A DNA stretch of 64,000 nt from an uncultured Spirochaetaceae bacterium (GTDB taxonomy: Bacteria > Myxococcota_A > UBA9160 > UBA4427): positions 1,901 to 65,900 of the forward strand of contig CAZETS010000023.1 of NCBI GenBank assembly GCA_964515335.1, in the 5' to 3' direction. Under the pieces are notes generated by a model, which saw nothing but the letters and a program-made list of their open reading frames with translations, was not told the DNA's origin and made no database searches. The translations under genes and the position numbers were made by a program. Positions 1 through 9,173 of the stretch are shown here, in pieces. Positions within the stretch are counted from its first letter, which is position 1, and the number at the start of each line of letters is the position of its first letter.

Positions 1-180
1 GGCGGCCTGCAGCAGTCCGTCCATGCCCAGGCCCGTGTGGAAGCTCACGTGGTCGGCCATGAAGACGTGGTCGAGGCCGCCGGCCGCAGCGCGGTCGAGC
101 AGCCGGCGGCGCTCGGCGTGGGGTCCCGTGAGCATCTCGCTGCTGGCGAGCGTGCCGACTCGCGGTGCTGTCTTGGGCAT
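1..180 (-). CDS. LLM-class (luciferase-like) flavin/F420-dependent oxidoreductase, 5' fragment; the rest of the gene lies left of the window
   Basis: Not in the ORF track because it runs off the edge. My own reverse-complement translation from ATG (180-178) gives MPKTAPRVGTLASSEMLTGPHAERRRLLDRAAAGGLDHVFMADHVSFHTGLGMDGLLQAA. The GLDHVFxADH..FH opening is typical of LLM TIM-barrel N-termini. GGAG lies 6 nt upstream. Confidence 0.5.
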   Translation of the reverse strand, partial: MPKTAPRVGTLASSEMLTGPHAERRRLLDRAAAGGLDHVFMADHVSFHTGLGMDGLLQAA

Positions 181-255
181 CTCCGGCTCCGCTTCGTTCG
201 AATCGTTCGAGAGGGGTGGGGGCGCGAACGATCAGGATAGCGGCGGTGGCGTGGC

Positions 256-2685
256 TCAGAAGCGGATGCGCACCGTGCCGCCGTACTGCCGGGGGGGCGC
301 CGCCACGGTCGCGTAGCCGCTGATGATCGGGACGTCGAAGCCGGTGACGAGATAGTTGGCGTTGGTCGTGTTGGTGACCCAGAAGACCAGCTCCCAGAGC
401 TCGTCCTCGGCGCGCAGGCCGGCGTGGAGGTTCAGCAGGTGGTAGCCCGGCTGCAGGAGGTTCGGATCGAGGTCCTGTGAGAGGTACTGCTTGGCGGTGT
501 ACGTGTAGTCGCCGCGCACGAACCACAGGGCGGGACGCCCGGGGATCGGCCGCTCGTAGGTGCTGGTCGCCGTGACGGTCCAGCGCGGGGCGTTGTCCAG
601 GACCCTGCCGGAGAGGTCCTGGCTGCAGTCCAGAGCGTTCCCGCAGATGAGCAAGGCGGGCACGACCGGATTCAGGGCCTTCGCCAGGGCCACCTGGTTC
701 GGCACCGTGTTGTCGGCCCCCTTGAATTCGTCGTACTCGGCGATGTTCAGGCCGACCTGCAGGCCGATGCTCCAGTGCTCGTGCCAGTCGGGCCGGTAGA
801 ACAGATCCGACTCGAAGCCGTAGCTGAACAGGCGGCCGGCGTTGCGCACGTTGATCGCGGCGCCGTCGAACAACTGCGCCTGGAAATCGTCGTAGTCGGT
901 GAAGTACGCCGTCAGGTTGGCGGTGAGCTGGCGGTCGAGCCACTGGGTGCGCGCGCCGGCCTCGTAGCTGAGTGACTGCTCGTCCTGGAATTCCGTCTGG
1001 TTGTTCGCGACGCACAGCTGGTTGAAGCCGCCGGACTTGAAGCCGTTGGCGAAGCTCGCATAGACCATCACGTCGTCGACGGGCCGGTAGCGCAGGATCG
1101 CGCGGCCCTGGACGTTGGTGACGCTTCGCGTTTCGTCGAGCGGGAGCTGCGGGCAGAGGATCGGCGGCGCCACCTGGATCGGCGGCGGCACGGTGGTGCT
1201 CTGACCGACCCGCGTCTTGCGTTCGTAGGTCACGCGCAGTCCGCCGGTGAACTCGAGATCGTCGATCAGGGTGACCGTTCCCTCGCCGTAGGCCGCCGCA
1301 CTGAGCGTGTCGTGCTGGTTGTCGTTGATGTTGTTGGTCGGGGTCGTGAAGATGAGCGCCGGCAGACCGCCGACCTGGGCCGCGGCGTCCACCATCCCCT
1401 GCTCCCAGCCGTTGCGGTCGAGGGTGGACATGTCCATGTAGAAGAGGAAGAGCCCCGCCTGGTACTCGAACCGGTTCCACTGGGGCGAAACCACCGTCAG
1501 CTCGCTCGAGTACTGGTCGAGGTCGACATCCTGGAAGGCGATCACGCCGTCGAACTGCGAGAAGTCGCCGTCGAAGCGGCTGTCGGTCGAGTAGGTCCGC
1601 CACGCGTTCAGCCAGCGGAGGTCGTACTCGCCCAACGTGAAGTCGGTGTCGAGCGACACGCCCCCGTTCTTGACGATGTTCCTGGGCGACACGCTGGCGC
1701 CGACGATCCGGTCGAAGGGATCCGCGTTGGGAAGCGGCACGCCCGTCGTGGCCGAGAAGGCGCCGAACGGGATGTCGGTGAGCGAAGGGCCGTTCGGCTT
1801 GTAGTCGAGGATGTCGGCGACGAAGCTGCGGGTGTTCTGCTCGCTGTAATCGCCGATCAGCTCGAAGGACAGCACGTCGCTCACGTCCCACGCGATCTTG
1901 CCGCGAACGCCGTACTGATCGGCGTTGTTGACCCGCTGGTTGTCGACGCGATTCAGGTCGAACCCGTCGCGCTTGACCTTGTAGCCCGACAGGCGCACCG
2001 CCAGCCTGTCGTCGATGATGGGGGCGTTGACCGAGCCGCGGAACTGCATGTCGTCGTAGTTGCCGATCTTCGACTCGAGAAAAGTCTCGTACTCGTAGCT
2101 CGGCCTCTTGGTGAGCACGTTGATCGCGCCGGCGGCGGTGTTCTTCCCGAAGAGCGTACCCTGCGGCCCGCGCAGCACTTCGACCCGTTCGATGTCGAGC
2201 AGGTCGCCGACGCTCATGCCGGCCCGGCCCTGGTAGACCCCGTCGATGAAGACGCCCACACTCGGGTCGATGCCCGCGTTGTTGCCCACCGAGCCGATCC
2301 CGCGGATGCGGATGCTGGTCGAGCGCGTGTCGGTGACGGGACGGATCTGCAGGTTGGGCACGAACTGCTGCAGCTGGGTGAACTGCGTGATGCCGGCTTC
2401 GACGATCGTCTCCGAGCCGAGGGCGGTGATCGAGATCGGGACGTCCTGGATGTTCTGGGCCCGCTTGGTGGCGGTGACGGTGAACTCCTCGACGTCCTCG
2501 AGCGCCTGCTCTTCGTACATCGCGTCGCCGAGTGCCGGGTCGAACTCGCTCGGGCCGGCCACCTCGGTCGAGTCTTCGAGGGGCGCTCCCTCCGCGCCCT
2601 GGCCGGCGTCCTGGGCGAAGGCGGCAACGGGACATGCGGCCACAGCCAACAGGACCAGCCCCCCGATCAGACGCGACCTCTTCAT
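256..2685 (-). CDS. TonB-dependent outer-membrane receptor
   Basis: 809 aa. Signal peptide MKRSRLIGGLVLLAVAACPVAAFA. Plug-domain blocks TVTATKRAQNIQDVPISITALG and RVEVLRGPQGTLFGKNTAAGAINV. Long barrel region, and the C-terminus GGTVRIRF ends in an aromatic residue. Confidence 0.93.
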   Translation of the reverse strand: MKRSRLIGGLVLLAVAACPVAAFAQDAGQGAEGAPLEDSTEVAGPSEFDPALGDAMYEEQALEDVEEFTVTATKRAQNIQDVPISITALGSETIVEAGITQFTQLQQFVPNLQIRPVTDTRSTSIRIRGIGSVGNNAGIDPSVGVFIDGVYQGRAGMSVGDLLDIERVEVLRGPQGTLFGKNTAAGAINVLTKRPSYEYETFLESKIGNYDDMQFRGSVNAPIIDDRLAVRLSGYKVKRDGFDLNRVDNQRVNNADQYGVRGKIAWDVSDVLSFELIGDYSEQNTRSFVADILDYKPNGPSLTDIPFGAFSATTGVPLPNADPFDRIVGASVSPRNIVKNGGVSLDTDFTLGEYDLRWLNAWRTYSTDSRFDGDFSQFDGVIAFQDVDLDQYSSELTVVSPQWNRFEYQAGLFLFYMDMSTLDRNGWEQGMVDAAAQVGGLPALIFTTPTNNINDNQHDTLSAAAYGEGTVTLIDDLEFTGGLRVTYERKTRVGQSTTVPPPIQVAPPILCPQLPLDETRSVTNVQGRAILRYRPVDDVMVYASFANGFKSGGFNQLCVANNQTEFQDEQSLSYEAGARTQWLDRQLTANLTAYFTDYDDFQAQLFDGAAINVRNAGRLFSYGFESDLFYRPDWHEHWSIGLQVGLNIAEYDEFKGADNTVPNQVALAKALNPVVPALLICGNALDCSQDLSGRVLDNAPRWTVTATSTYERPIPGRPALWFVRGDYTYTAKQYLSQDLDPNLLQPGYHLLNLHAGLRAEDELWELVFWVTNTTNANYLVTGFDVPIISGYATVAAPPRQYGGTVRIRF

Positions 2686-2834
2686 AACGCCCCCTCGTTT
2701 CGGCTGCGTTCCACCTCCCCCCGAGGAGGTCCACTTGGGAGGATAGTGATCAGAGCCGCCCGAAATTCATATCCCCAACCGCGACGGATCCGTATAGAAT
2801 CCCATTGATGATCCAAGCGAGGTGATGTGGCCCC
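2686..2834. promoter_or_regulatory. Divergent promoter region between the TonB-dependent receptor and AraC-family regulator genes
   Basis: 149-bp spacer between two divergent start codons. It has locally AT-richer stretches (gaaattcatatcccc, ccgtatagaatcccattgatgatcc) in a very GC-rich background. No specific operator recognised. Confidence 0.4.
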
Positions 2835-3704
2835 ATGTCAATCATCTTTCCGAGTGTCGCCGAGTCCCTGAATGTTCGTTTGTTTTCGGCAGGTTGCATC
2901 CGTGTGGCCGATTGGTGGACTGAGACCGATCGCCTCCGCGACTTCTGGCGTTTGTATCGGAACGAGCACGACGGTGCCGGTCTGCGGATCGGGTCGCGGC
3001 TCTTCCCGATGCCGGCCGGGCGCATCGTCGTCGTGCCGGCCGGACTCGACTTCCAGGCCACCCTCGAGGCGCCGGTCGAGCAGTTCTTCCTGCAGTTCGA
3101 GTTCGTCGGTTGGCCCGCGCCTGCCGCGCTCGAGGTCGTGCCGGGGCCGGTGGCGTTGGCGCCCGACGAGGAGCGGGATGCGCTCGCCCGCGCGCTTCGC
3201 GACGAGGTTCGCGACGTAGCGGAGATCGAGCCGATCCTCGCCAGCCGCATCAAGGCGCTGATCCACCTGTCCACCGCCGAGCTGCTGCGGAGCGTCCCCG
3301 AGGAGAACGCGATGCGCTTCCTGAGCATCGCCGAGGGACGCCAGGAGCTGCTGGCGGTGCTGCAGTACATCGACGAGCACATCGAGCAGCCGATGTCCAA
3401 CGCCCGCCTCGCCGAGATCGCCCTGGCGAGCGAGTCGCGTTTCATCCGCCGCTTCCGCGAGGCCACGGGTCGCACGCCGGCCCGTTACGTCCAGGACCGG
3501 CGGGTCCGGCGCGCGGCCGAGCTGCTGGTTTCGAGCGACCAGACGATCGACCAGATCGCCGACTCCTGCGGGTTCGCGAACCGGTACTACTTCACGCGTG
3601 TCTTCGCACAGCGCATGGGCTGTCCGCCTGCCAGGTATCGCACCGACCGGCCGTACATCCCGAGTCAGGACGCCGCGCAGGCCCCTAGTCCGCCAGCGGC
3701 TTGA
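2835..3704 (+). CDS. AraC-family transcriptional regulator
   Basis: 289 aa. The C-terminal double HTH is typical of AraC/XylS: MSNARLAEIALASESRFIRRFREATGRTPARYVQDRRVRRAAELL...IDQIADSCGFANRYYFTRVFAQRMGCPPARYR. Divergent from the TonB receptor gene. Confidence 0.9.
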   Translation: MSIIFPSVAESLNVRLFSAGCIRVADWWTETDRLRDFWRLYRNEHDGAGLRIGSRLFPMPAGRIVVVPAGLDFQATLEAPVEQFFLQFEFVGWPAPAALEVVPGPVALAPDEERDALARALRDEVRDVAEIEPILASRIKALIHLSTAELLRSVPEENAMRFLSIAEGRQELLAVLQYIDEHIEQPMSNARLAEIALASESRFIRRFREATGRTPARYVQDRRVRRAAELLVSSDQTIDQIADSCGFANRYYFTRVFAQRMGCPPARYRTDRPYIPSQDAAQAPSPPAA

Positions 3705-4554
3705 CGACGCGTTCGCCGAACTCGGCCAGCCTGTCCAGGCCGCCGGGGCCGGCGAAGAAGAACGCCGGCACCATTGCCCGCTCGACGCCCTGCTCGCGCA
3801 TGCGCGCCGCGCAGGCCTCCGGGTCGCCGAGTTCGGCGAAGATCGCGTGGATGCGGATCTCGTCGCGCGAACGCCCCTGCCGGTCGGCCTCGCGGCCGAG
3901 GGCCTCGATCAGGCTCGACAGCTCTTTCGGATCGGTCGTGCCCGGGAAGTATCCGTCGGCGATGCGGACCGCCCGGCGTATGGCGGCGGGTGTGTCGCCG
4001 CCGACGAGGATCGGGATGGCGCCGTCGACGGGCCGCGGGCTGCAGGTCGCCGGTGCGAAGTCGACGAACTCGCCGTGGAACTCGGCTCCGGGGCCGGCCC
4101 ACAGCGCCTTCATGGCAGCGACGTACTCGTCGTTGCGGGCGCCGCGTCGCTCCCAGGGAACGCCCAGCGCCTCGAACTCCTCCGCGAGCCAGCCGACGCC
4201 CAGGCCGAGCTCGACGCGCCCGCCGGTCAGCGAATCCAGCGTCGCAAGCTCCTTGGCGAGCACGACCGGGTTTCGCTGGGGAACGATCAGGATGCAGGTC
4301 CCCACTCGAACGGTCGGCGCGGCGGCGGCCACGTAGGCGAGCCAGATCAGCGGATCGGGGATCGGCGTGTCGGGCTCGCCCGGCATCTCGCCGTCCGCCG
4401 TGTACGGGTAGGGGGAGGAGATGCTGTTCGGCACGATGACGTGCTCGCCGCCCCACACCGAGTCGAAGCCGGCCGCTTCGGCCTGACGGGTGATCTCGAG
4501 TGCGGACGAAGGATCCGTCCCCACACTGCTCGCGAACGCTAGACCGAACTTCAC
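3685..4554 (-). CDS. LLM-class F420/flavin-dependent oxidoreductase (luciferase-like monooxygenase family)
   Basis: 289 aa: MKFGLAFAS...AEAAGFDSVWGGEHV...RVGTCILIVPQRNPVVLAKELATLDSLTGGRVELGLGVGWLAEEFEALGVPWERRGARNDEYVAAMKALW. The 3' end overlaps the convergent AraC gene by 20 nt (3685-3704). Confidence 0.85.
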   Translation of the reverse strand: MKFGLAFASSVGTDPSSALEITRQAEAAGFDSVWGGEHVIVPNSISSPYPYTADGEMPGEPDTPIPDPLIWLAYVAAAAPTVRVGTCILIVPQRNPVVLAKELATLDSLTGGRVELGLGVGWLAEEFEALGVPWERRGARNDEYVAAMKALWAGPGAEFHGEFVDFAPATCSPRPVDGAIPILVGGDTPAAIRRAVRIADGYFPGTTDPKELSSLIEALGREADRQGRSRDEIRIHAIFAELGDPEACAARMREQGVERAMVPAFFFAGPGGLDRLAEFGERVVKPLAD

Positions 4555-4758
4555 GCTGCTCCTCCGAGGTGTCGATGTGCCGCAAGATCATATCCGGCGT
4601 GTGCGGTGATCTTTCCGATCCGACAAAGCTTCGCCGCGATCGGACACGGCGCCCGCGGGCACTCGAAGGAGTTGCGGTACGGGCGGCTCGTTTCACTGGA
4701 CAAGCGGAGCACACTCGTTGGATGATGGGGCAGATTGCCAAAGAGGAGGGCTCATCCG

Positions 4759-5439
4759 ATGAAGCCGATCTGCTTCGCATCGACGCTCGTGGTGGTGTTC
4801 CTGTTGGGGGCCGGGACAGCCGGCGCGGGGCACCTCACGGCCACCTACGATCTGGCGGGCAGCACGGTCCAGACGACGACACCGCTCGGCACGTTCACCG
4901 ATCCCCTGTCGGGCACCGTCACGATCGTCTATGTGACGGCCACCGAGTTCGAGACGCCGAGCGTGGGATTCATCAAGTCGGGTGCGCAGCACCTGACGAT
5001 CAACCAGCCCAGCCCGGGCGTGCTCACGCTGACGGGCACCGCCGACACGACGTGGGGAAGCGCGCCTGCAACACTGAGCGGCACCACCTTCTCCCAGGCC
5101 AGCGGCACGACCGGCGACACGACGGGGTTCCTGCACTGCTTCGGCGGCCTGTGCGGCCTGGCGGGCTTCACGGCCTCGGTTCCCCTGCCGCAGACGCGGA
5201 CGGCACCGGTCACGCTGCCGCCGCTGGTCTTCACGAGCGGGAACGCGGGCGTAGGCAACTTCACGGGGATGGGCACCGGTATCGTGACGACGCCGGCGAC
5301 GGTCACGGTGGTCAGCAGCTATGTCGGCACCGAGATCAGCCGCACCTTCGTTCCCGAGCCCGGCGCGCTTCCCATGCTGGCGGCGGGAATCGTCTGCCTC
5401 GGCCGGCTCGGATCGCGAAGGGCGAGAAGGCGGCGATAG
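4759..5439 (+). CDS. PEP-CTERM sorting-domain secreted protein
   Basis: The track ORF starts at TTG 4735. ATG 4759 has AGGAGG 9 nt upstream. Signal peptide MKPICFASTLVVVFLLGAGTAGAG. Thr/Gly-rich body. The C-terminus FVPEPGALPMLAAGIVCLGRLGSRRARRRR shows the PEP motif, a TM helix and an Arg cluster. Confidence 0.8.
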   Translation: MKPICFASTLVVVFLLGAGTAGAGHLTATYDLAGSTVQTTTPLGTFTDPLSGTVTIVYVTATEFETPSVGFIKSGAQHLTINQPSPGVLTLTGTADTTWGSAPATLSGTTFSQASGTTGDTTGFLHCFGGLCGLAGFTASVPLPQTRTAPVTLPPLVFTSGNAGVGNFTGMGTGIVTTPATVTVVSSYVGTEISRTFVPEPGALPMLAAGIVCLGRLGSRRARRRR

Positions 5440-5488
5440 CGGTTCGTTCGAGAGTTCCTCGGCGGGCGACCAGCGGAGACTCGTCCCC

Positions 5489-8400
5489 CTGACGAAGCGC
5501 CTGCTCTGCCCGGGGCTGTTGCTGGCCGTGACGCTGTCCTGCGGCCCCGGGTCGCAGGACAGCGAGGCGGCTCGCGCACGCTTCGACTCGGCGCTGGCCG
5601 CCCACGACGTGGCCGGCGCGCTCTCGGCGATCGACGCGCTGTCGGCGGCGCTTCCCGACGCGCCGGTCTCCGACCTCGAGCTCGCGCAGCGGCTCGGCCG
5701 CGCTGGCGAGATGACGCGCGCGCTCTGGCTGCTCGAGGAGGCGTCCCGGCGGCATCCGGAGAGCACCGAGATCCGGCTCGCCCTGGCGGAGACGGCGATC
5801 ATCGTCGGCGCACCGGAGCAGAGCCTGGCCGTGCTCGACGGCCTCCCCCCCGCGGCTGCCGCCGGTCTGGTGCCCGTGCTGCTGCGCTACCGCGCCCTGC
5901 TCGCCCTCGGCCGGCTGGACGACGCACTCGACACGCTCGAGCGGGCCGAGAGCCGCCACGCCGGGATCGAGCTGGCCACCGCGCGGCTCGCGCTCCTCGC
6001 GTCGGAGAAGCAGTACGCACGGGCGCTCGAGTACGTGCGCCGGGTGGCGGCCCGCGACGGCCAGAGCGGCCCCGAGCGGGCGTGGCTGGCGCGCACCGAA
6101 GCCGGTCTGCTCGCCGAGCTCGGCGAGGGCGACGCCGCGCTGGCGGTCCTCGAGCCGCTGACCACCAGCGCGCCGGGGGCCGTGGACGTCGAGGCGTGGC
6201 GCAGCCGGGCCGCTCTCCTCACCGGCCAGGGACGCGTACAGGACGCGATCGCGGAGCTCGAGCAAGCGTCGACCGAGCACCCCGACTCCTCCGGCCTGCA
6301 GTCCGTCCTGGCGAACGCCTACATCTCGGTCGGAGACAGCCCGGCCGCGGAATCGGTGCTGCGGGCGCGCTTCGAGCGGCATCCGACCGCGGCGAACGCC
6401 ATCAACCTGGCCGACTTCCTGTACCGGACCGGTCGCTCGCGCGAGGGCGTCGCGGTGATCGACGGCCAGCTCGCCCGCGACGCCCAGGAGCGGGCAAACG
6501 AGCTCGAGTACCTGCGCGTCGCGCTGCTGCTCGACGCCGGCGATGCAGCCGCGGCGCGCGAGCGCTTCCGGGCGTTCGCGCGCGCGTTCCCCGACGATCC
6601 GCTCACCGGCTACCTCCGGGCGCGCTTCGATCTGCTCGACGGACGGCCCGAAGCGGCGGTCGTGCGGCTCAAGCAGCTGCTGCCGCGACTCGATCGCGCC
6701 GACGTGCACCACTGGTTGGCGGTCGCCCTCGAGCGCAGCGGCGACCACGCGGGCGCCGAGCAGCGCTACGGCATTGCGGTCTACGCGGATCCCTCGCAGG
6801 TGCCCTCCTACCACGGCCTGCTGCGCACGCTGGCCCGGCGCGGCGCCTGGGCGCAGGTCGAGCAGTGGGCGCTCCGGCTGCTGCGCATCGTGCCCGACGG
6901 CGCGACCGCCTACGAGGCGCTGCTGCGGGCGCGGATCGCCGCGGGCGACCCCGCTTCGGCGGAGGCCCTGACGAGGGACTGGGTGCTGCGCCACCCCGAG
7001 CTGCTCGCGCCGCGCGTCGCCACGTCGATCGCGCTGCGCCGGCAGGGACGGCCGGAGGCGGCGCTCGCGGCCCTCGACGAGGTGGGGGAGCGCTTCGCCG
7101 ATTCACCCGACTGGATCGCCGAGCGCGGCATCGTGCTCGGACGCCTCGGCCGCGGCCCGGAAGGTCTCGCCTCCGTGGACGCGGCCGTCGTCCATCACCC
7201 GACGAGCCAGGCGCTGCAGCGGTCGCGGGCCTTCCTGCTGTTCTCGGCGGGTCGCGGCGACGAGGGGCTGCGCGCCGTCGAGGCGCTGCTGCGCCTGGCC
7301 CCGGACGATCCGCAGCCGCTGCAGATGGCCGGGGACTATCTCTCGCTGCAGCGAGACTTCGAGAGGGCGCGCTCGCTCTACGAGCGCCATCTGGCGATCG
7401 ATCCACGCGACGTCGAGGTGCTCTTCCATCTCGGCATCGCGCTCGAGGCGCTCGGCGAGCCCGGCGCGGCGATCGAAGCCTACGCGCGTGCGGCCGAGGT
7501 GGCGCCGTACTTCGCCCCCGCGCACAACAACCGGGCGCTGCTGCTCGCGCGGGAGGGGCGCCGCGCCGAGGCCCTGACGGCCGCCCAGGCCGCCTACGCG
7601 AGCGCGCCGTCGGATCCGTCGGTGCTGGACACGCTGGGGTGGCTCTATCACGAGGCGGGCCGCGGGGGACGGGCCGTCGCGATGCTCGAGCGGGCGGCCG
7701 AGCTCGCGCCGGGCTCGGTCGAGATCCGCGACCACCTGAGGCGGGCGCAGGGCGAACGGCGGCGCGACGGGCCGGCGCGTTCGCGTCGGGCGCAGCCCGC
7801 CACCAATGCCGGGGTGATCGAGCAGCTGCGCGCGCTCGCGCCGCCGAACATCGTGCTGGTCGTCGTCGACACGCTGCGCGCGGACTGGCTCGCTCCCTAC
7901 GACCGCGGCTCGCGCCTCTCGCCCGAGCTGGCCCGCTGGGCCGAGAACGGCATCGTGTTCGAGCGCGCACGCGCGCAGTCCTCGTGGACGAAGGTGTCGA
8001 TGGCTTCGCTGATGACGTCGCTCTGGCCGCGCACCCACGGCATCCGGCTGCCGAGCGACGGGCTCTCGTCCGACGCCGTCACGCTGGCGGGCGTGCTCAG
8101 CGGGCACGGCTACCGGACCTACGGGGTGCAGAGCAACGGCTGGCTCGAGCAGTCCTTCGGCTTCCAGAACGGCTTCGACCGGTACGTCTTTCCGCGCGCC
8201 TTCGCGGGCGGGCAGACCCTCGGCCACGCCTCGCTCTGGCCCCACGGCGAGCGGGTCCTCGAGGAGGGACTCCGGCTCCTGGCCGCGCACGACCCGGCGT
8301 CGCCCTTCCTGCTGTATCTGCACTTCATGGACGTCCACGAGTACGCGGCTCCGCCCGAGTACCGGGTGCACGGCGACGACAAGCAGGGCCTCTACCGAGC

Positions 8401-9049
8401 CGCCATCCGCTGGGTGGACGACCTGCTGGTGCGGTTGCGGGAAGCCCTCGAGCGGCACGGCCATGCCGAGCGGACGATCGTCGTCTTCGCCAGCGATCAT
8501 GGCGAGACGTTCGGCGAGAACCACAGCGAGGGACACGCGCGCCACGTGCTCACCTCGGTGCTCGACGTTCCGCTGATCGTGCGACTGCCGTTCGAGGTCG
8601 ACGGAGCGAGGGTCTCGGCGCAGGTCCGGAACATCGACATCGCGCCGACGCTGCTCGAGCTGGCCGGGGCCCCGGTGCCCGACGGCTTCGAGGGCGAGTC
8701 GCTGCTTCCGCTGCTCGATGCCTCCGGTCCGCATGCCGATCGCCCCGTCTACGCGGGCCTCGGCGCCCCCATCCTGCACGGTGTCGTCGAGCAGAATTCG
8801 TTGAACGACGGAAGTTGGCTGTACGCGCGGAACGTCGGAGGCGGCGACGCCGAGCTGCTCTTCGACCGCGCGCTCGATCCGAGCGAGGACGTCAATCTGA
8901 TCGAGTTCGAGCCGGCCGTCGCGAAGCGGCAACGCGCGCGCCTGGACGACCACCTGGGTGGCGGGGCGGCCGCCGGCGTGCGCGAGACGGATGTCCGCAT
9001 CGATCCGGTGATCGCCGAGCGACTGCGGGCGCTCGGCTACCTGCAGTAG
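5489..9049 (+). CDS. TPR-repeat lipoprotein fused to a sulfatase-like (alkaline-phosphatase superfamily) domain; 5' end uncertain
   Basis: Frame of track ORF 5321..9049. ATG 5321 would overlap the upstream gene by 119 nt. The lipoprotein-type signal TKRLLCPGLLLAVTLSCG begins at in-frame CTG 5489, which has GGAG 10 nt upstream; the alternatives TTG 5519 and GTG 5528 would cut off the n-region. About 800 aa of Ala/Leu/Arg-rich TPR-like repeats follow. The C-terminal ~430 aa show a sulfatase fold: NIVLVVVDTLRADWL, SSWTKVSMASLMTSLWP, VVFASDHGETFGE. Confidence 0.85.
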   Translation: MTKRLLCPGLLLAVTLSCGPGSQDSEAARARFDSALAAHDVAGALSAIDALSAALPDAPVSDLELAQRLGRAGEMTRALWLLEEASRRHPESTEIRLALAETAIIVGAPEQSLAVLDGLPPAAAAGLVPVLLRYRALLALGRLDDALDTLERAESRHAGIELATARLALLASEKQYARALEYVRRVAARDGQSGPERAWLARTEAGLLAELGEGDAALAVLEPLTTSAPGAVDVEAWRSRAALLTGQGRVQDAIAELEQASTEHPDSSGLQSVLANAYISVGDSPAAESVLRARFERHPTAANAINLADFLYRTGRSREGVAVIDGQLARDAQERANELEYLRVALLLDAGDAAAARERFRAFARAFPDDPLTGYLRARFDLLDGRPEAAVVRLKQLLPRLDRADVHHWLAVALERSGDHAGAEQRYGIAVYADPSQVPSYHGLLRTLARRGAWAQVEQWALRLLRIVPDGATAYEALLRARIAAGDPASAEALTRDWVLRHPELLAPRVATSIALRRQGRPEAALAALDEVGERFADSPDWIAERGIVLGRLGRGPEGLASVDAAVVHHPTSQALQRSRAFLLFSAGRGDEGLRAVEALLRLAPDDPQPLQMAGDYLSLQRDFERARSLYERHLAIDPRDVEVLFHLGIALEALGEPGAAIEAYARAAEVAPYFAPAHNNRALLLAREGRRAEALTAAQAAYASAPSDPSVLDTLGWLYHEAGRGGRAVAMLERAAELAPGSVEIRDHLRRAQGERRRDGPARSRRAQPATNAGVIEQLRALAPPNIVLVVVDTLRADWLAPYDRGSRLSPELARWAENGIVFERARAQSSWTKVSMASLMTSLWPRTHGIRLPSDGLSSDAVTLAGVLSGHGYRTYGVQSNGWLEQSFGFQNGFDRYVFPRAFAGGQTLGHASLWPHGERVLEEGLRLLAAHDPASPFLLYLHFMDVHEYAAPPEYRVHGDDKQGLYRAAIRWVDDLLVRLREALERHGHAERTIVVFASDHGETFGENHSEGHARHVLTSVLDVPLIVRLPFEVDGARVSAQVRNIDIAPTLLELAGAPVPDGFEGESLLPLLDASGPHADRPVYAGLGAPILHGVVEQNSLNDGSWLYARNVGGGDAELLFDRALDPSEDVNLIEFEPAVAKRQRARLDDHLGGGAAAGVRETDVRIDPVIAERLRALGYLQ

Positions 9050-9173
9050 CGGCCCGTCGGGATCCGCGAGCCGGAATGCCCGGGTGGCGTCCCGCGCGCC
9101 CTCACGACCGCCTGCGCGGCCGTGCGTGCGTTTCCGATTGCTTCCGCCGCCCCCCGCCGAGTAAGCTCGGTGA

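Noticed and set aside
2686-2834. Possible cobalamin riboswitch or Fur box upstream of the TonB-dependent receptor.
   Set aside because: The spacer is only 149 bp and is shared with a divergent gene. I could find neither a B12-box-like element nor a convincing 19-bp Fur palindrome; attgatgatcc is only a partial resemblance.
4658-4675. Sigma-54-like GGCAC...TTGC upstream of the PEP-CTERM gene.
   Set aside because: GG and GC are separated by 14 nt (GGCACTCGAAGGAGTTGC) instead of the required 10 nt of the -24/-12 consensus.
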